A stretch of 64,000 nucleotides of DNA, from the NCBI GenBank assembly GCA_902614655.1, contig CACMLX010000003.1, positions 19,554 through 83,553 on the forward strand, written 5' to 3'. Of this stretch, positions 20,361-30,860 are shown one piece after another (position 1 is the first letter of the stretch; each line of letters opens with the position of its first letter). The DNA is from an uncultured Pelagibacteraceae bacterium (GTDB lineage: Bacteria > Pseudomonadota > Alphaproteobacteria > Pelagibacterales > AG-422-B15). The notes beneath the pieces are model-generated. The model ran no database searches. It was not told where the DNA came from and saw only the letters and a program-made list of their open reading frames with translations. Made by a program: the position numbers and the translations under genes.

Positions 20361-21427
20361 TATTCGATATTTGTAATTGTAATATCCTCTGAATTAACTG
20401 GTAAAATTGCTATAGTACCATCATCAGCTAATGTCCAGTTATCAGGTCGAACTTCGCTTACCCCTTTTACGAAAATTATTTTAGCAATAAAACTATCGGG
20501 AGCTGGTATCAGGTGATAAAAAATCAACTCTTTTACATTTGCTTCATTTGCGGCTTGCGCAGCTTCAACAGGTGAGGCGTGATATCCCTGAATATCATAA
20601 AAAACTCTTGAAAGTTGAGGTTGTATAATCTCTGATATATCTTCAGCTCTACCTATCATATTATATGACAATGCATCATGAAAAAGTAAGTCAGCATTTT
20701 TTGATTGTTCAATCAAATTTGTACTGTAATCCGTATCCCCACTAATTACGATTGATCTTCCTTTATAATCAAAGCGAAATCCCATTGAGGGATAAACTGG
20801 CAGATGTTCAACTTCAAATGCCGTTATCTTCAGACTGCCATCATCAAAAATAACTGGATTATTTAAATCTATTATTTTTGTATCAAAGCCAGCAATATCA
20901 GATGGAGCTACTTCCTCTCCATGATGCAGCGTTCTCCATTCATAATCAAGCTCGTAAGCCCTTGTTATCCCTTCAGTAACTAATTGTGTTCCCTCTGGTC
21001 CATAAACAGGAAGTTTTCCCTCTCTATTTTGAGTTACCCATGAATAAAGATGAAAATCAGCCAAATCAGAAATATGGTCTGAATGCAGGTGAGTAAACAA
21101 TACGGCATCTAAATTACCAAGATCTATCTGCCAATTTATTAGATTTTGCCTACTTCCATCTCCAGTATCCACAATAAACATATGGTCTGGAGTTTTGATC
21201 ATGATACATGGCTCAGCTCTTCCTTTACCAGGTAATGGACCTCGTGATCCACAGACAAGTCCAATAATATAATCACCTTCAAAGGTAACTAATTTATCTT
21301 GATTATTTAACTGAGATTCAAAAATTAAGTCGATAAAGAAATTTTGAACTGATGTATTTCTTATTCCAAAGAACCCAACAACAAATATTAAGATTGCAAC
21401 TATTAAGAAATAATAGATTTTCCTCAT
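20360..21427 (-). CDS. Membrane-anchored MBL-fold metallo-hydrolase (RNase Z/AtsA-like)
   Basis: 355 aa. HxHxDH motif THLHSDHISD, N-terminal TM, 1-nt overlap with the sulfatase gene. Confidence 0.8.
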   Translation of the reverse strand: MRKIYYFLIVAILIFVVGFFGIRNTSVQNFFIDLIFESQLNNQDKLVTFEGDYIIGLVCGSRGPLPGKGRAEPCIMIKTPDHMFIVDTGDGSRQNLINWQIDLGNLDAVLFTHLHSDHISDLADFHLYSWVTQNREGKLPVYGPEGTQLVTEGITRAYELDYEWRTLHHGEEVAPSDIAGFDTKIIDLNNPVIFDDGSLKITAFEVEHLPVYPSMGFRFDYKGRSIVISGDTDYSTNLIEQSKNADLLFHDALSYNMIGRAEDISEIIQPQLSRVFYDIQGYHASPVEAAQAANEANVKELIFYHLIPAPDSFIAKIIFVKGVSEVRPDNWTLADDGTIAILPVNSEDITITNIE

Positions 21428-21429
21428 AG

Positions 21430-21807
21430 TTAATTACCAGAAACCTTTCTGGATGTAATAAGCAATATTGCAACAAGAACAATTTCAATAATAATAAATT
21501 GTGTTGCAAAAGTTGCATCATGTGCTGCCCACGATATAATTCTAAATATTGCTGTAACACTTAAAAGCATTGCAGGAGCATAAAACCAAATATTTTTTAG
21601 AGTATAAGCTGCAAGTATCATCATCAAACCAATGCAAAAGAAATAACTTCCAACATCGCCAATCAGACTACTTCGACCTAATCCTTCTGGAATTACTAAT
21701 ATACCAAAATTTGCTCCAGCATCGTAAGGGGATATTATCCAAACAAGACCTAGCACAATAAATATAAATCCATTTATTGTATTTAGAATAATTAAAAATT
21801 TATTCAT
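21430..21807 (-). CDS. Small 4-TM membrane protein (DUF4345-like)
   Basis: 125 aa, hydrophobic. Sits inside a co-directional, overlapping gene string. Confidence 0.5.
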   Translation of the reverse strand: MNKFLIILNTINGFIFIVLGLVWIISPYDAGANFGILVIPEGLGRSSLIGDVGSYFFCIGLMMILAAYTLKNIWFYAPAMLLSVTAIFRIISWAAHDATFATQFIIIEIVLVAILLITSRKVSGN

Positions 21808-22655
21808 GATGACTCCTCTATTATTTCCATAATTCTTTGCGCTGTTTCATGGCCTGAATTTTGATTTTGGCCAGTTACAAATCGTTTTTCATCATCAACA
21901 ACTACGTGATAAGCAAACTGGTCAAGAAATTTGGTTTTAGCTTCAAACAATGCGCCTGCTTTTTTTAATTCTTCTTCTGGATGTAACGGTGTCATTGTTA
22001 TATTAAGTTCTTTAACTTGTTTGTCAGTCACACCAGTCATTTTCCTTCCAGCAATGAGAATGTTGCCGTTTTTATCTTTTGAATTAATCAACCCTAATGG
22101 ACCATGGCAAATTGCACCTATAATACTCCCTGAGTAATATGCTTTAGAAATTCCTGCAGCTAAGGTATCTGAAAAGCCCAAGTCATATGCAGCTCCCCAT
22201 CCACCAGCAAGAAACACAATATCATACACAGAGAAATCTATTTCATTAATATTGATTGAATTGTTCAGTTTGTTTACCGCCTCAGTATCCTTATAAAATC
22301 TTTTATCAGATGAAGACCTCACGAAATATGATGTTGTTTGTGGATCCACTGGAATTTCTCCACCTTTGATACTTGCAATATCAACACTTATGTTAGCATC
22401 CATAAATTCGAAATAGGGAGCAGTTAATTCAGAACTTGCGAGACCCGAGGGTTTACCAGATGACTCTCCTGGATAATTTAAAACCCCATGACTTGTTGCA
22501 ATTATAAGAGCTTTTTTTCCAGATAAATCAAATGTATTTCCCTCATAGTCTGGATGTAAACCCAAGTTTTTAAGAATATATGGCAAAAGAATAATTACTG
22601 TAATGACGATAAAAATTAGAGATAATAAAGTTTTTCTAACTGTTGATTGATACAT
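21804..22655 (-). CDS. Membrane-anchored DJ-1/PfpI (class I glutamine amidotransferase-like) protein
   Basis: 283 aa. N-terminal TM and nucleophile elbow GAICHGPLGL. Confidence 0.8.
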   Translation of the reverse strand: MYQSTVRKTLLSLIFIVITVIILLPYILKNLGLHPDYEGNTFDLSGKKALIIATSHGVLNYPGESSGKPSGLASSELTAPYFEFMDANISVDIASIKGGEIPVDPQTTSYFVRSSSDKRFYKDTEAVNKLNNSININEIDFSVYDIVFLAGGWGAAYDLGFSDTLAAGISKAYYSGSIIGAICHGPLGLINSKDKNGNILIAGRKMTGVTDKQVKELNITMTPLHPEEELKKAGALFEAKTKFLDQFAYHVVVDDEKRFVTGQNQNSGHETAQRIMEIIEESS

Positions 22656-22662
22656 AATTTTC

Positions 22663-23256
22663 TTACTTAAGTTTCATTAAAAATAGTAACTTTAACTCTT
22701 CAATAAGTCTTTCTTCTTTCGTATTATTAAATTTGGTCATACGAAACCATGCTGCGTATGAAATTAGGGTATCGATAAGATTTTGTTTATCTTTATTGAT
22801 CATTTTAATTTCAGGTATTAAATCTTCGAATCTCTTTCTCAAAATGTAATTAAATTTTATAAATCCAGTTCTTATCGCGTTAGAATTATTTAAACTTGTA
22901 ATGGTTAAATTAAATACGTGCTGGTATGTGTTATATAAATAAAAACGCTCTTTAATTACATGTTCAATTCTCTGATCTTTGCTGTTTTGTTTTGGATTAT
23001 TTTTTGCAATATAGTTCTCAAGATCGTTTAGATAACGACGATTTACCTCCTCAATTAATCCTTCCATATCGTCAATGTGCCTAAAAACAGTTCTTATTCC
23101 AACTCCAGATTTTTCAGCAATTTCCTGAGCGGTTGGTATTTGACCGTTGTTATTTTTTCTTAATAAAGAAATAGTGGCTGCAACAATTTTATTTAATGTT
23201 GTTTTACTTCTGTTGATACGTCCATCGTTAACTATTGGAGCAATTACCATAGACAA
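22663..23256 (-). CDS. TetR family transcriptional regulator
   Basis: 197 aa. N-terminal HTH TAQEIAEKSGVGIRTVFRHIDDMEGL. Confidence 0.85.
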   Translation of the reverse strand: MSMVIAPIVNDGRINRSKTTLNKIVAATISLLRKNNNGQIPTAQEIAEKSGVGIRTVFRHIDDMEGLIEEVNRRYLNDLENYIAKNNPKQNSKDQRIEHVIKERFYLYNTYQHVFNLTITSLNNSNAIRTGFIKFNYILRKRFEDLIPEIKMINKDKQNLIDTLISYAAWFRMTKFNNTKEERLIEELKLLFLMKLK

Positions 23257-23274
23257 AAATTATCTATTGACAGT

Positions 23275-23297
23275 GTTTATGTCAATACTTTAGGCTT
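23275..23297. promoter_or_regulatory. Candidate TetR operator: perfect 8-bp inverted repeat TATTGACA-n7-TGTCAATA
   Basis: Read directly in the 60-bp divergent gap between the TetR gene and the NMO gene. The left arm contains a TTGACA -35-like hexamer. Confidence 0.45.
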
Positions 23298-23316
23298 TAT
23301 TCAAAATATAAAATTC

Positions 23317-24246
23317 ATGAATAGAATTACAGAAATACTTGGTTCTAAATATCCAATTATACAGGCCCCAATGGGATGGATTGCAAGAAGTGCATTAGCT
23401 TCAGCGGTTTCTAATGCTGGAGGGTTTGGAATTATTGAAACTTCATCAGGCGAACTTGAGGAGTGTAAGCAGGAAATCAAAAAAATGAGTACACTCACCA
23501 ATCGACCCTTTGGTGTGAATCTTCCAATTCTTTTTTTACGTGATGAAAGTATGATCAATTTAGTCATTGAGGAAAAAGTAAAATTTGTAACTACATCTGC
23601 AGGAGATCCAGCAAAATATATTCACATTTTAAAAGATGCAGGCATTAAAGTCTTTCATGCTGTACCAAGTTTGGCAGGCGCGCTAAAAGCGATAAAAGCT
23701 GGTGTGGATGGCTTAGTAGTTGAAGGGACTGAGGGGGGTGGATTTAAAAATCCTGAAGAAGTTGGACTTTATGTATTATTGCAGTCTATTAGGAAGCATT
23801 CTGATATACCAATGGTTGCGGCTGGAGGTATAGTTGATGGCATAGGAATGGCTGCAGCATTTGCAGCAGGAGCTGAGGGAATACAAATGGGGACTAGGTT
23901 TGTATCTTCTAAAGAGAGTCCGGTTCATCAAAATTACAAGCAAGCAATTTTAGATTCAGACGAACAAGGAACTTATATATTAAATAAAAAATCTAAACCT
24001 TGTGTTCGTGCAATTAAAACTGACTTCACTCACGGTATTTATGAAAAGGGTGAAATGGATATGTCCGCAATGTTTGGTATTAAGAAACTTTATTTTGAGG
24101 GTGACATGAACGCAGCTCCAGCATTGGCAGGGCAATCGATGGGCTTAATTGATGAGATCAAAGGTGTTGAAGAAATTATCAATGAAACCATTTTACAGTT
24201 TAACGAAGTGTGTAAAAAAATGGGAAATCACAATTTTGCTAATTAA
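23317..24246 (+). CDS. Nitronate monooxygenase / FMN-dependent NMO (FabK-like) family oxidoreductase
   Basis: 309 aa. Starts YPIIQAPMGWIA and contains EGTEGGGF...AAGGI...GAEGIQMGTRF, typical of the NMO TIM-barrel. Confidence 0.9.
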   Translation: MNRITEILGSKYPIIQAPMGWIARSALASAVSNAGGFGIIETSSGELEECKQEIKKMSTLTNRPFGVNLPILFLRDESMINLVIEEKVKFVTTSAGDPAKYIHILKDAGIKVFHAVPSLAGALKAIKAGVDGLVVEGTEGGGFKNPEEVGLYVLLQSIRKHSDIPMVAAGGIVDGIGMAAAFAAGAEGIQMGTRFVSSKESPVHQNYKQAILDSDEQGTYILNKKSKPCVRAIKTDFTHGIYEKGEMDMSAMFGIKKLYFEGDMNAAPALAGQSMGLIDEIKGVEEIINETILQFNEVCKKMGNHNFAN

Positions 24247-24720
24247 ATGAAATTTATCAACCTTTTTCCCACGGAAGCAAACAACAATTATCAGGGTTTA
24301 AAATTTGCACTTTGGTTTTTTTATTTGTATCTCGCATTAGTAGCGTTCAGATCGTTTACCCATATGTTTGCTCAAGATGCTGGTTTAAATTCAATTGCTT
24401 CAATCATAATTTTTCCAGAGGTTAATAATTTAAATCCTAATAGTGTAATTTATCTTATAGGTTCTTTATGGGGTGGATCACAGATCGTAGTACTTTTTAT
24501 ATCAATTATAATTCTTATTAAATATAAAAGCCTTTTATCACTAGCCTGGCTAGTTTTCGTATTCGAAAATATATTAAGAATTATTACGATGACGATGCAT
24601 AATTTAGATCAGGATTATCTCACTTCAACTGCCCCAGGAGGTTTAGTTGGGACAAGTGTCATGTTATTTGTTACACTTTTAATGTTTTTTATCTCGACCA
24701 TTGAAAGGAAACAGAAATGA
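24247..24720 (+). CDS. Hypothetical 4-TM membrane protein
   Basis: 157 aa, hydrophobic. Abuts neighbours on both sides (0-nt gap, 4-nt overlap). Confidence 0.45.
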   Translation: MKFINLFPTEANNNYQGLKFALWFFYLYLALVAFRSFTHMFAQDAGLNSIASIIIFPEVNNLNPNSVIYLIGSLWGGSQIVVLFISIIILIKYKSLLSLAWLVFVFENILRIITMTMHNLDQDYLTSTAPGGLVGTSVMLFVTLLMFFISTIERKQK

Positions 24721-25139
24721 AAGTAGAAAATCGTGTTTTTCCTAACAGAGAACAAATGAAAGGTTTTTTTGAGAATACGGATGACAATGAGCCAATATTC
24801 ATGCTCAATCTTCTCAAGTTTAAAGAGAAAGCGGAATATAAAGATGGAAGAGAAACCAACCTAACCGGAAGAGAGGCTTACACAATTTATGCTGAGTTTA
24901 TGGATAAACATCTAAAGGAAATTGGTGGAGAATTAGTTTTGCATACAGATGTAAAACGTTTAGCGGTCGGTAAAGTTGAGGAATTATGGGACGTTGTTGC
25001 TATTGCAAAATGGCCTTCAAGAAAAATTATGGGTGAAAATATGATGCCCAGTGACCCAGAATATCTTGAAGCTTATCAGCACCGCGAAGCAGGATTAGCA
25101 GGCCAATTAAATATTGAAACAAAAGAAATTAATGATTGA
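24717..25139 (+). CDS. DUF1330 domain protein
   Basis: 140 aa. The [15 protein letters not shown]...VAIAKWPS pattern matches the dimeric alpha-beta-barrel DUF1330 family. Confidence 0.7.
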   Translation: MKVENRVFPNREQMKGFFENTDDNEPIFMLNLLKFKEKAEYKDGRETNLTGREAYTIYAEFMDKHLKEIGGELVLHTDVKRLAVGKVEELWDVVAIAKWPSRKIMGENMMPSDPEYLEAYQHREAGLAGQLNIETKEIND

Positions 25140-25818
25140 ATTATATACTTCACCTACACCAAATGGATATAAGATTTCAGTAGCTCTTGAAGAGTTGGAA
25201 ATACCTTACAATGTTCATGTTGTGAATTTACAAGCTGGTGATCAAAAGAAGCCAGAATTTTTAGCAATGAATCCTAATGGGCGTATCCCTGTCATAGTTG
25301 ATACTGAAAATGATAACCTTTCAATAATGGAAAGTGGCGCACAACTAATTTATTTAGCTGAGAAAGCAGGCAAACTTCTGCCTACAGAATCAATTGCACG
25401 TTCAAAAGTTATTCAGTGGTTAATGTTTCAAATGGGAGGAATTGGTCCGATGATGGGGCAGGCCAATGTTTTCTTTCGTTATTGGCCTGGTGAAAAATTA
25501 CAGCCAGCAATTGATCGTTATCAAAACGAAGGAAGACGCTTGTTTGAAGTTATGGAGACACGTTTAAAAGATAATGAGTTTCTCGCTGATGATTTTAGTA
25601 TAGCTGATATTGCAAATTGGTGTTGGGTAAGAACATATAAATGGTCAGGTGTCAATATCGAGGGTCTTGAAGGTGTAAAAAGATGGATGCAGATGATGGA
25701 AGATAGACCGGCTTGCAAAAAAGGTGTTGCAGTACCAATTGATATTATGGAGTTGATGAGAAATATGAAACAGTCAAAAGATCTAACCGATACCGGTTCA
25801 AAAATAATTCAGAAGTAG
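25132..25818 (+). CDS. Glutathione S-transferase
   Basis: Track ORF begins at a TTG (25114). ATG 25132 ([21 protein letters not shown]) gives a canonical GST N-terminus. Contains [11 protein letters not shown] and [12 protein letters not shown]. Confidence 0.85.
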   Translation: MIELYTSPTPNGYKISVALEELEIPYNVHVVNLQAGDQKKPEFLAMNPNGRIPVIVDTENDNLSIMESGAQLIYLAEKAGKLLPTESIARSKVIQWLMFQMGGIGPMMGQANVFFRYWPGEKLQPAIDRYQNEGRRLFEVMETRLKDNEFLADDFSIADIANWCWVRTYKWSGVNIEGLEGVKRWMQMMEDRPACKKGVAVPIDIMELMRNMKQSKDLTDTGSKIIQK

Positions 25819-25825
25819 GAGAATA

Positions 25826-26866
25826 ATGATGAGCTTACCAAATCCATTAGTTGTTCTCGGCGGCGTTGGCTCACCCTATACACGTAAGATGCTCTCATAT
25901 CTTAGGTATAAACGTATTCCTCATAAAATGATTTGGGGAGACCCCTCAAAATATCTTGATCAAGAGGGCATTGAAAAGCCCAAGCCTGGATTACTGCCAA
26001 CATTTATTTTACCTGATGAAAATGGAAATTTAAAAGCTGTAACAGATTCGACTCCTTTAATAAGAAGGATTGATAAAGAGGTTAGAGAGCGAAGCACTAT
26101 TCCATCAGATCCTGCACTTGCATTTATAAATTATCTAATCGAAGATTTTGCTGACGAGTGGGGAACGAAATACATGTTTCATTATAGATGGCATGATCAA
26201 AAAGATGCTGAAAATGCTGGAACCATATTGCCTCTTCAAACCATAGGCACGATGCCAAATGAAATGTTAGATAATTTAAAGGGAATGATAAGCAAAAGGC
26301 AAATAGAGAGGTTATGGGTAGTGGGTTCAAACAACGATACAGCGCCTATTATTGACGCAAGTTTCAGACGTTTATTGGGTATACTTGAGAAACATCTCAC
26401 ATCAACACCCTATTTGATAAGCAATAGACCCGCATCAAGTGATTTTGCGATGTATGGCCAACTTTCTCAACTTGTAAACTTTGATCCAACGCCAAGAGAA
26501 ATTTGTCATGAAGTATCTCTCAGGACAGTTGCGTGGGTTGGTTTAATTGAAGATCAGTCTGGTATTGAGGTAGATGATGAACAATGGGGGTCAATTGATA
26601 CTTTGCCATCAACAGTAAAAGATTTACTGATAGAAATTGGAAAGGGGTATGTTCCTGCGCAGTTATCAAATGCTAAAGCAATAGAAAATGGTGATAAAGA
26701 ATGGCAAACAGAGATTGATGGATGTCTTTGGAAACAAAAATCATTTCCTTACCAGGCAAAGTGTTTAAAGTGGCTTAACGAAGAATATAAAATGCTTGAA
26801 GATAATGATCAGATAAAAGTGAATGATCTTCTTAAAGATACTGGATGTGAAAGGTTAATATTTTAG
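25826..26866 (+). CDS. GST-like protein (thioredoxin-like N domain plus GST C domain), long form
   Basis: 346 aa. N-terminal GSPYTRKMLSYLRYKRIPH and a helical C-terminal domain. Confidence 0.6.
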   Translation: MMSLPNPLVVLGGVGSPYTRKMLSYLRYKRIPHKMIWGDPSKYLDQEGIEKPKPGLLPTFILPDENGNLKAVTDSTPLIRRIDKEVRERSTIPSDPALAFINYLIEDFADEWGTKYMFHYRWHDQKDAENAGTILPLQTIGTMPNEMLDNLKGMISKRQIERLWVVGSNNDTAPIIDASFRRLLGILEKHLTSTPYLISNRPASSDFAMYGQLSQLVNFDPTPREICHEVSLRTVAWVGLIEDQSGIEVDDEQWGSIDTLPSTVKDLLIEIGKGYVPAQLSNAKAIENGDKEWQTEIDGCLWKQKSFPYQAKCLKWLNEEYKMLEDNDQIKVNDLLKDTGCERLIF

Positions 26867-26868
26867 AT

Positions 26869-27507
26869 ATGAAAGTAGATTTATATTTCTCTTTTAGAAG
26901 CCCATACTCTTATTTAATCTTACCACGTATTGTTTTGTTAAGAGATAAGTACGGTGTTGATATAAATTTTAAACAAGTCTATCCGTTAGCAATAAGAGAA
27001 CCAGAATTCTTCAAAGGTAAGAACCTATTTACATATTTTCTTCTAAAACGATTTGATTATTTTTTACAGGCAAAAAAACTAGGCATGGTATTTAAAAAAC
27101 CAAATCCAGATCCAATAAAACAAAATATGCTAACCGGTAAAATTTCTGATGATCAGCCACGTATATTTAAATTATGTCATTACTGTCAGGCAATAGAAAA
27201 AGATAGACAACTTGATTTTGCTGTAGAAGTTTCAAGTAAGATTTGGAGTGGCATGAAGAATTGGAATTCTGATGAGTCAATTTCTGAGTCATCATCAAAA
27301 TTAGGCTTAAATCATAATGATATTGAAAAAAAACGAACAGAAGCTGAGCAAAGCTTGATTGATGAAATAAAATCAAACCAAAAGGAACAGTTAGAAGCAG
27401 GTCATCATGGAGTTCCATTGACAGTATATAAAGACAAGTTCTTCTTTGGGCAAGATCGATTTAACGATCTTTTAAGAGCATTAAAAAAAGATGGGCTTCA
27501 ACTTTAG
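26869..27507 (+). CDS. DsbA-fold 2-hydroxychromene-2-carboxylate isomerase-like protein
   Basis: 212 aa. VDLYFSFRSPYSYL N-terminus and C-terminal GVPLTVYKDKFFFGQDRF are typical of the HCCA isomerase/DsbA-like family. Confidence 0.75.
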   Translation: MKVDLYFSFRSPYSYLILPRIVLLRDKYGVDINFKQVYPLAIREPEFFKGKNLFTYFLLKRFDYFLQAKKLGMVFKKPNPDPIKQNMLTGKISDDQPRIFKLCHYCQAIEKDRQLDFAVEVSSKIWSGMKNWNSDESISESSSKLGLNHNDIEKKRTEAEQSLIDEIKSNQKEQLEAGHHGVPLTVYKDKFFFGQDRFNDLLRALKKDGLQL

Positions 27508-27535
27508 TATTTTGAACTAATAGTCATAACTGTTA

Positions 27536-28384
27536 CTAAGCTGAAATTCCTCTTATCCTCTCAGATCTTCTTCGTAATAATTCAACAACAGTAAGTAACA
27601 ATATTGATAAAATAACTAAAATTGTTGCAACAGCTAAAATTGTGGGACTAATTTGTTCCCTTAGTCCTGTGAACATCTGCCAGGGAAGAGTTTTCTGGCT
27701 TGCTGAGCCAACAAATAGAACTACAACGACTTCATCAAATGATGTTATAAATGCAAATAAGCCACCAGAAATAACACCTGGCAAAATTAAAGGCATCTGT
27801 ACCCTAAAAAAAGTTCGCATTGGGCCAGCTCCTAAATTAGCAGAAGCTCTTGTTAAACTCTTATCAAATCCAACTAAAGTCGCTGTTACAGTAATAATTA
27901 CAAATGGTATTCCAAGTGCAGCATGTGCCAATACAATTCCAATATATGTACCCTGTAAACCTATACGTGAATAAAAAAAATACATTCCAGCTGCAGAAAT
28001 AATTAGAGGAACTATCATGGGCGATATCAAAATAGCCATTATCAATTTTTTGAAAGGTACATCTGACTGACTTAAACCAACTGCAGCAACGGTACCAAGA
28101 GCAACTGATATCAGAGTTGCTAGTGGGGCAATTCGAAATGAGTTTGTGAGTGCTGTTTGCCAGTCAACATTAGTAAAAAAATCGTTATAATGTTTTAAGG
28201 AATAACCCTCACTTTGAAAATTTAACATTTCAGGAGTGAAAGTAAAAAAATCTTGAGCATTAAATGAAAGAGGAATTATTACTATTATTGGAGCAATTAA
28301 AAAGAAAAATACAAAAGTGCAGATACATTTAAATATTATATCCCATGCTCTGAATAATCTTGATGTATAAACTGGAAGCGCCAT
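27536..28384 (-). CDS. ABC importer permease (PotC-like)
   Basis: 282 aa. 6 TM with EAA-type loop SLTRASANLGAGPMRTFFRVQMPL. Confidence 0.9.
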   Translation of the reverse strand: MALPVYTSRLFRAWDIIFKCICTFVFFFLIAPIIVIIPLSFNAQDFFTFTPEMLNFQSEGYSLKHYNDFFTNVDWQTALTNSFRIAPLATLISVALGTVAAVGLSQSDVPFKKLIMAILISPMIVPLIISAAGMYFFYSRIGLQGTYIGIVLAHAALGIPFVIITVTATLVGFDKSLTRASANLGAGPMRTFFRVQMPLILPGVISGGLFAFITSFDEVVVVLFVGSASQKTLPWQMFTGLREQISPTILAVATILVILSILLLTVVELLRRRSERIRGISA

Positions 28385-28389
28385 ATCTC

Positions 28390-29553
28390 TTAACCTAATT
28401 TAACATTGTCTATGCCAATAATTTTATCGTATACATAATAGAGTATTAGTACAGCTACCAAAAGAATGCTTGCTAAAGCAGCTCCAAGACCCCAATTGAG
28501 AGAATAGGAAATATGGTATGCAATTCTATTAGAAATGAATGTTCCAGATGTTCCACCAACAATTTCAGGAGTAATGTAATAACCTATTGAAAGTATAAAA
28601 ACTAGAATACAACCAGCTCCGACTCCCGGTATTGATTGTGGGAAATATACACGTCTAAATGATGTCCACTCATTTGCACCCAGTGATTTTGCAGCTTTAA
28701 CATAACTTTCAGGTATTGTTTTCATAACTGAGTACAAAGGCAGTATCATAAATGGCAGCAATATATGTGTCATAGCAACGATTGTTCCAAATTGATTGTT
28801 TATTAATTGCAAACGGTCAAGATCCCCAACAAGGCCAACAAATACCAGTATATCATTTATAACGCCTTCTTGCTGCAAAAGAACTTTCCATGCCGATGTT
28901 CTTACAAGTAGAGAAGTCCAAAAAGGTAATAGAACAAATATTAGTAATAGGTTAGCTGATTTCATGGGAAGCCTCGATATCAAATATGCAACTGGATATC
29001 CCATCAGTAAACATAATAGTGTAATTAGAACACTCATATAGATTGTTCTTTGAAATAAAAATAAATAAATTCTTTCAGTCTCATCACGCTGAGAAATGCC
29101 CTCTGTTGTTTTTATCAAATCAACTGCGTTTAAAAAATAACCACTGGTAACTTTTGGTGAATAAAGTTTAAGCAATCTCCAAAATTCTATGTTTCCCCAT
29201 TTTTTATCAATATTTAAAAACTTTTCTTTATAATTAATTTGCTGATCAATATCCCATTTTTTAACACTTCTTCCAGTCTTTCTAAACGTTGACGCGATCC
29301 CACTCATTTCGTAATTGAGCCTGGAGCCTAATCGTGTGTGAGTTTTATTTTCAACGGCAATTTTGAGATCTTTAGCTAATTGATAGTATACTTGTTCGCT
29401 GGGTAAAACACTATCATCATCCCACTTTGAAAGTTCCTCAATCGTCCCAGGCAGTGTCCTGCTTACTATTTGATTTTCAACTGATCTGAATAGCATGTCA
29501 GCTATTGGAAATACGAATGTTATTAAAATGAATAGCAGTAATGGTGAGATCAA
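28390..29553 (-). CDS. ABC importer permease (PotB-like) with a large periplasmic insert after TM1
   Basis: 387 aa. EAA loop YVKAAKSLGANEWTSFRRVYFP. The start is a TTG and no in-frame ATG lies upstream before a stop. Confidence 0.85.
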   Translation of the reverse strand: MISPLLLFILITFVFPIADMLFRSVENQIVSRTLPGTIEELSKWDDDSVLPSEQVYYQLAKDLKIAVENKTHTRLGSRLNYEMSGIASTFRKTGRSVKKWDIDQQINYKEKFLNIDKKWGNIEFWRLLKLYSPKVTSGYFLNAVDLIKTTEGISQRDETERIYLFLFQRTIYMSVLITLLCLLMGYPVAYLISRLPMKSANLLLIFVLLPFWTSLLVRTSAWKVLLQQEGVINDILVFVGLVGDLDRLQLINNQFGTIVAMTHILLPFMILPLYSVMKTIPESYVKAAKSLGANEWTSFRRVYFPQSIPGVGAGCILVFILSIGYYITPEIVGGTSGTFISNRIAYHISYSLNWGLGAALASILLVAVLILYYVYDKIIGIDNVKLG

Positions 29554-29657
29554 TAAAAGCGCATTAACTTTTTGTCTTACCTGAGACCTTTTTAGTGACT
29601 TTTGTAAATCATGTTGATTAACTATTTGTTTTGATTCAGTCAGTATATTTTCCTTTA

Positions 29658-29685
29658 GAAAAAAAAAGGGGGCAAATAAGCCCCC
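29658..29685 (-). terminator. Rho-independent terminator/attenuator after the binding-protein gene
   Basis: Minus strand reads GGGGGC-TTATTT-GCCCCC followed by a run of 10 T. It lies 40 nt after the SBP stop and upstream of the permease genes, the usual arrangement for over-expressing the SBP. Confidence 0.7.
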
Positions 29686-29724
29686 TTAATTTTTATGTGT
29701 TATAATTTTTTACAAAGTAAAAGA

Positions 29725-30819
29725 TTATTTTGCTAGCCATGCATTCCATTTTGCATCGAGATCGTCCCTATAATCTGCCCACCATGTGAAGTTATATACA
29801 AAAATATTTTTTGCATTATCAGGTGCAGTTGGCATATGTGGACCCATTTCAATTCCAAGCTCAGCATGCTTACCTACTAAAGGAGCAGAAGAAGCTCTTG
29901 CTGGTCCGTAAGATATGTACTTAGCTTGATCAGCAAGTCTTTGAGTATCAGTTGCGAAGTATAGATAATCCAATGCAGCTTGTTGTCTTTCAGGTGATAG
30001 CCCAGTTGGAATAATCCATCCATCCAAGTCGTAAACTTGTGCATCCCACATCATTTTTACAGGCTGATTTTGCTCTACGATTAAAGAGAACAGTCTTCCA
30101 TTGTAAGTTGATCCCATAACAACTTCGCCATCAGCAAGTAGTTGAGGTGTATCGGCTCCCGCTGACCACCATATGACACTGTCTTTGATCTCATCAAGTT
30201 TAGCAAAAGCCATACTTTGACCTTCTTCAGTTTCAAGTACATCATAAACATCTGCTTTAGCTACTCCAGAACATAACAATGCCCACTCCATATTGTTAAT
30301 AGGTCTTTTTTCTAGCGACCTTTTTCCAGGAAAGGCATTTAGATCAAATACATCACAAATATCATCAGGTTCTTTTCCACCCCATTGGTCAACATCAGTT
30401 CTGAAGCCAAAGGTAGTTGAATAAACAATTTGTGGTACGAAGCAATCCGCGACAATTAAATCACCAAAGTCCTCAGAAGCTGGGGTACCGTCTGGTGCAG
30501 CTGCTAACTGATTATCATGGTCTATTTCTAAAGCAAGACCTTCATCACAGAGTCTTATGGCATCAGATCCAACAACGTCAACAACATCCCATGTCACATT
30601 ACCAGCTTCATTCATAGCTCTTAACTTTGCAACTGCTTCAGCAGCACTGTCGTCATTGATTATTTTTATACCGGTTTTTGCAGTATAAGGTTCATGATAG
30701 GCAAGTGTTTGCGATTTCGTATATGCACCACCCCATGAAACAATTGTCATATCAGCTTTTGCTATAGTTACTGAAAAAACCATAGACACAAGAGCTAATA
30801 AAATTGTATTAGTTTTCAT
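29725..30819 (-). CDS. ABC importer periplasmic substrate-binding protein (PotD/PotF-like, family 1)
   Basis: Track ORF extends to 30864. ATG 30819 is preceded by GGAGG and yields signal peptide MKTNTILLALVSMVFSVTIAKA. Confidence 0.85.
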   Translation of the reverse strand: MKTNTILLALVSMVFSVTIAKADMTIVSWGGAYTKSQTLAYHEPYTAKTGIKIINDDSAAEAVAKLRAMNEAGNVTWDVVDVVGSDAIRLCDEGLALEIDHDNQLAAAPDGTPASEDFGDLIVADCFVPQIVYSTTFGFRTDVDQWGGKEPDDICDVFDLNAFPGKRSLEKRPINNMEWALLCSGVAKADVYDVLETEEGQSMAFAKLDEIKDSVIWWSAGADTPQLLADGEVVMGSTYNGRLFSLIVEQNQPVKMMWDAQVYDLDGWIIPTGLSPERQQAALDYLYFATDTQRLADQAKYISYGPARASSAPLVGKHAELGIEMGPHMPTAPDNAKNIFVYNFTWWADYRDDLDAKWNAWLAK

Positions 30820-30860
30820 TTTATTTATTCCTCCATAAAAATTAGAGCTAAAAAGTAATT

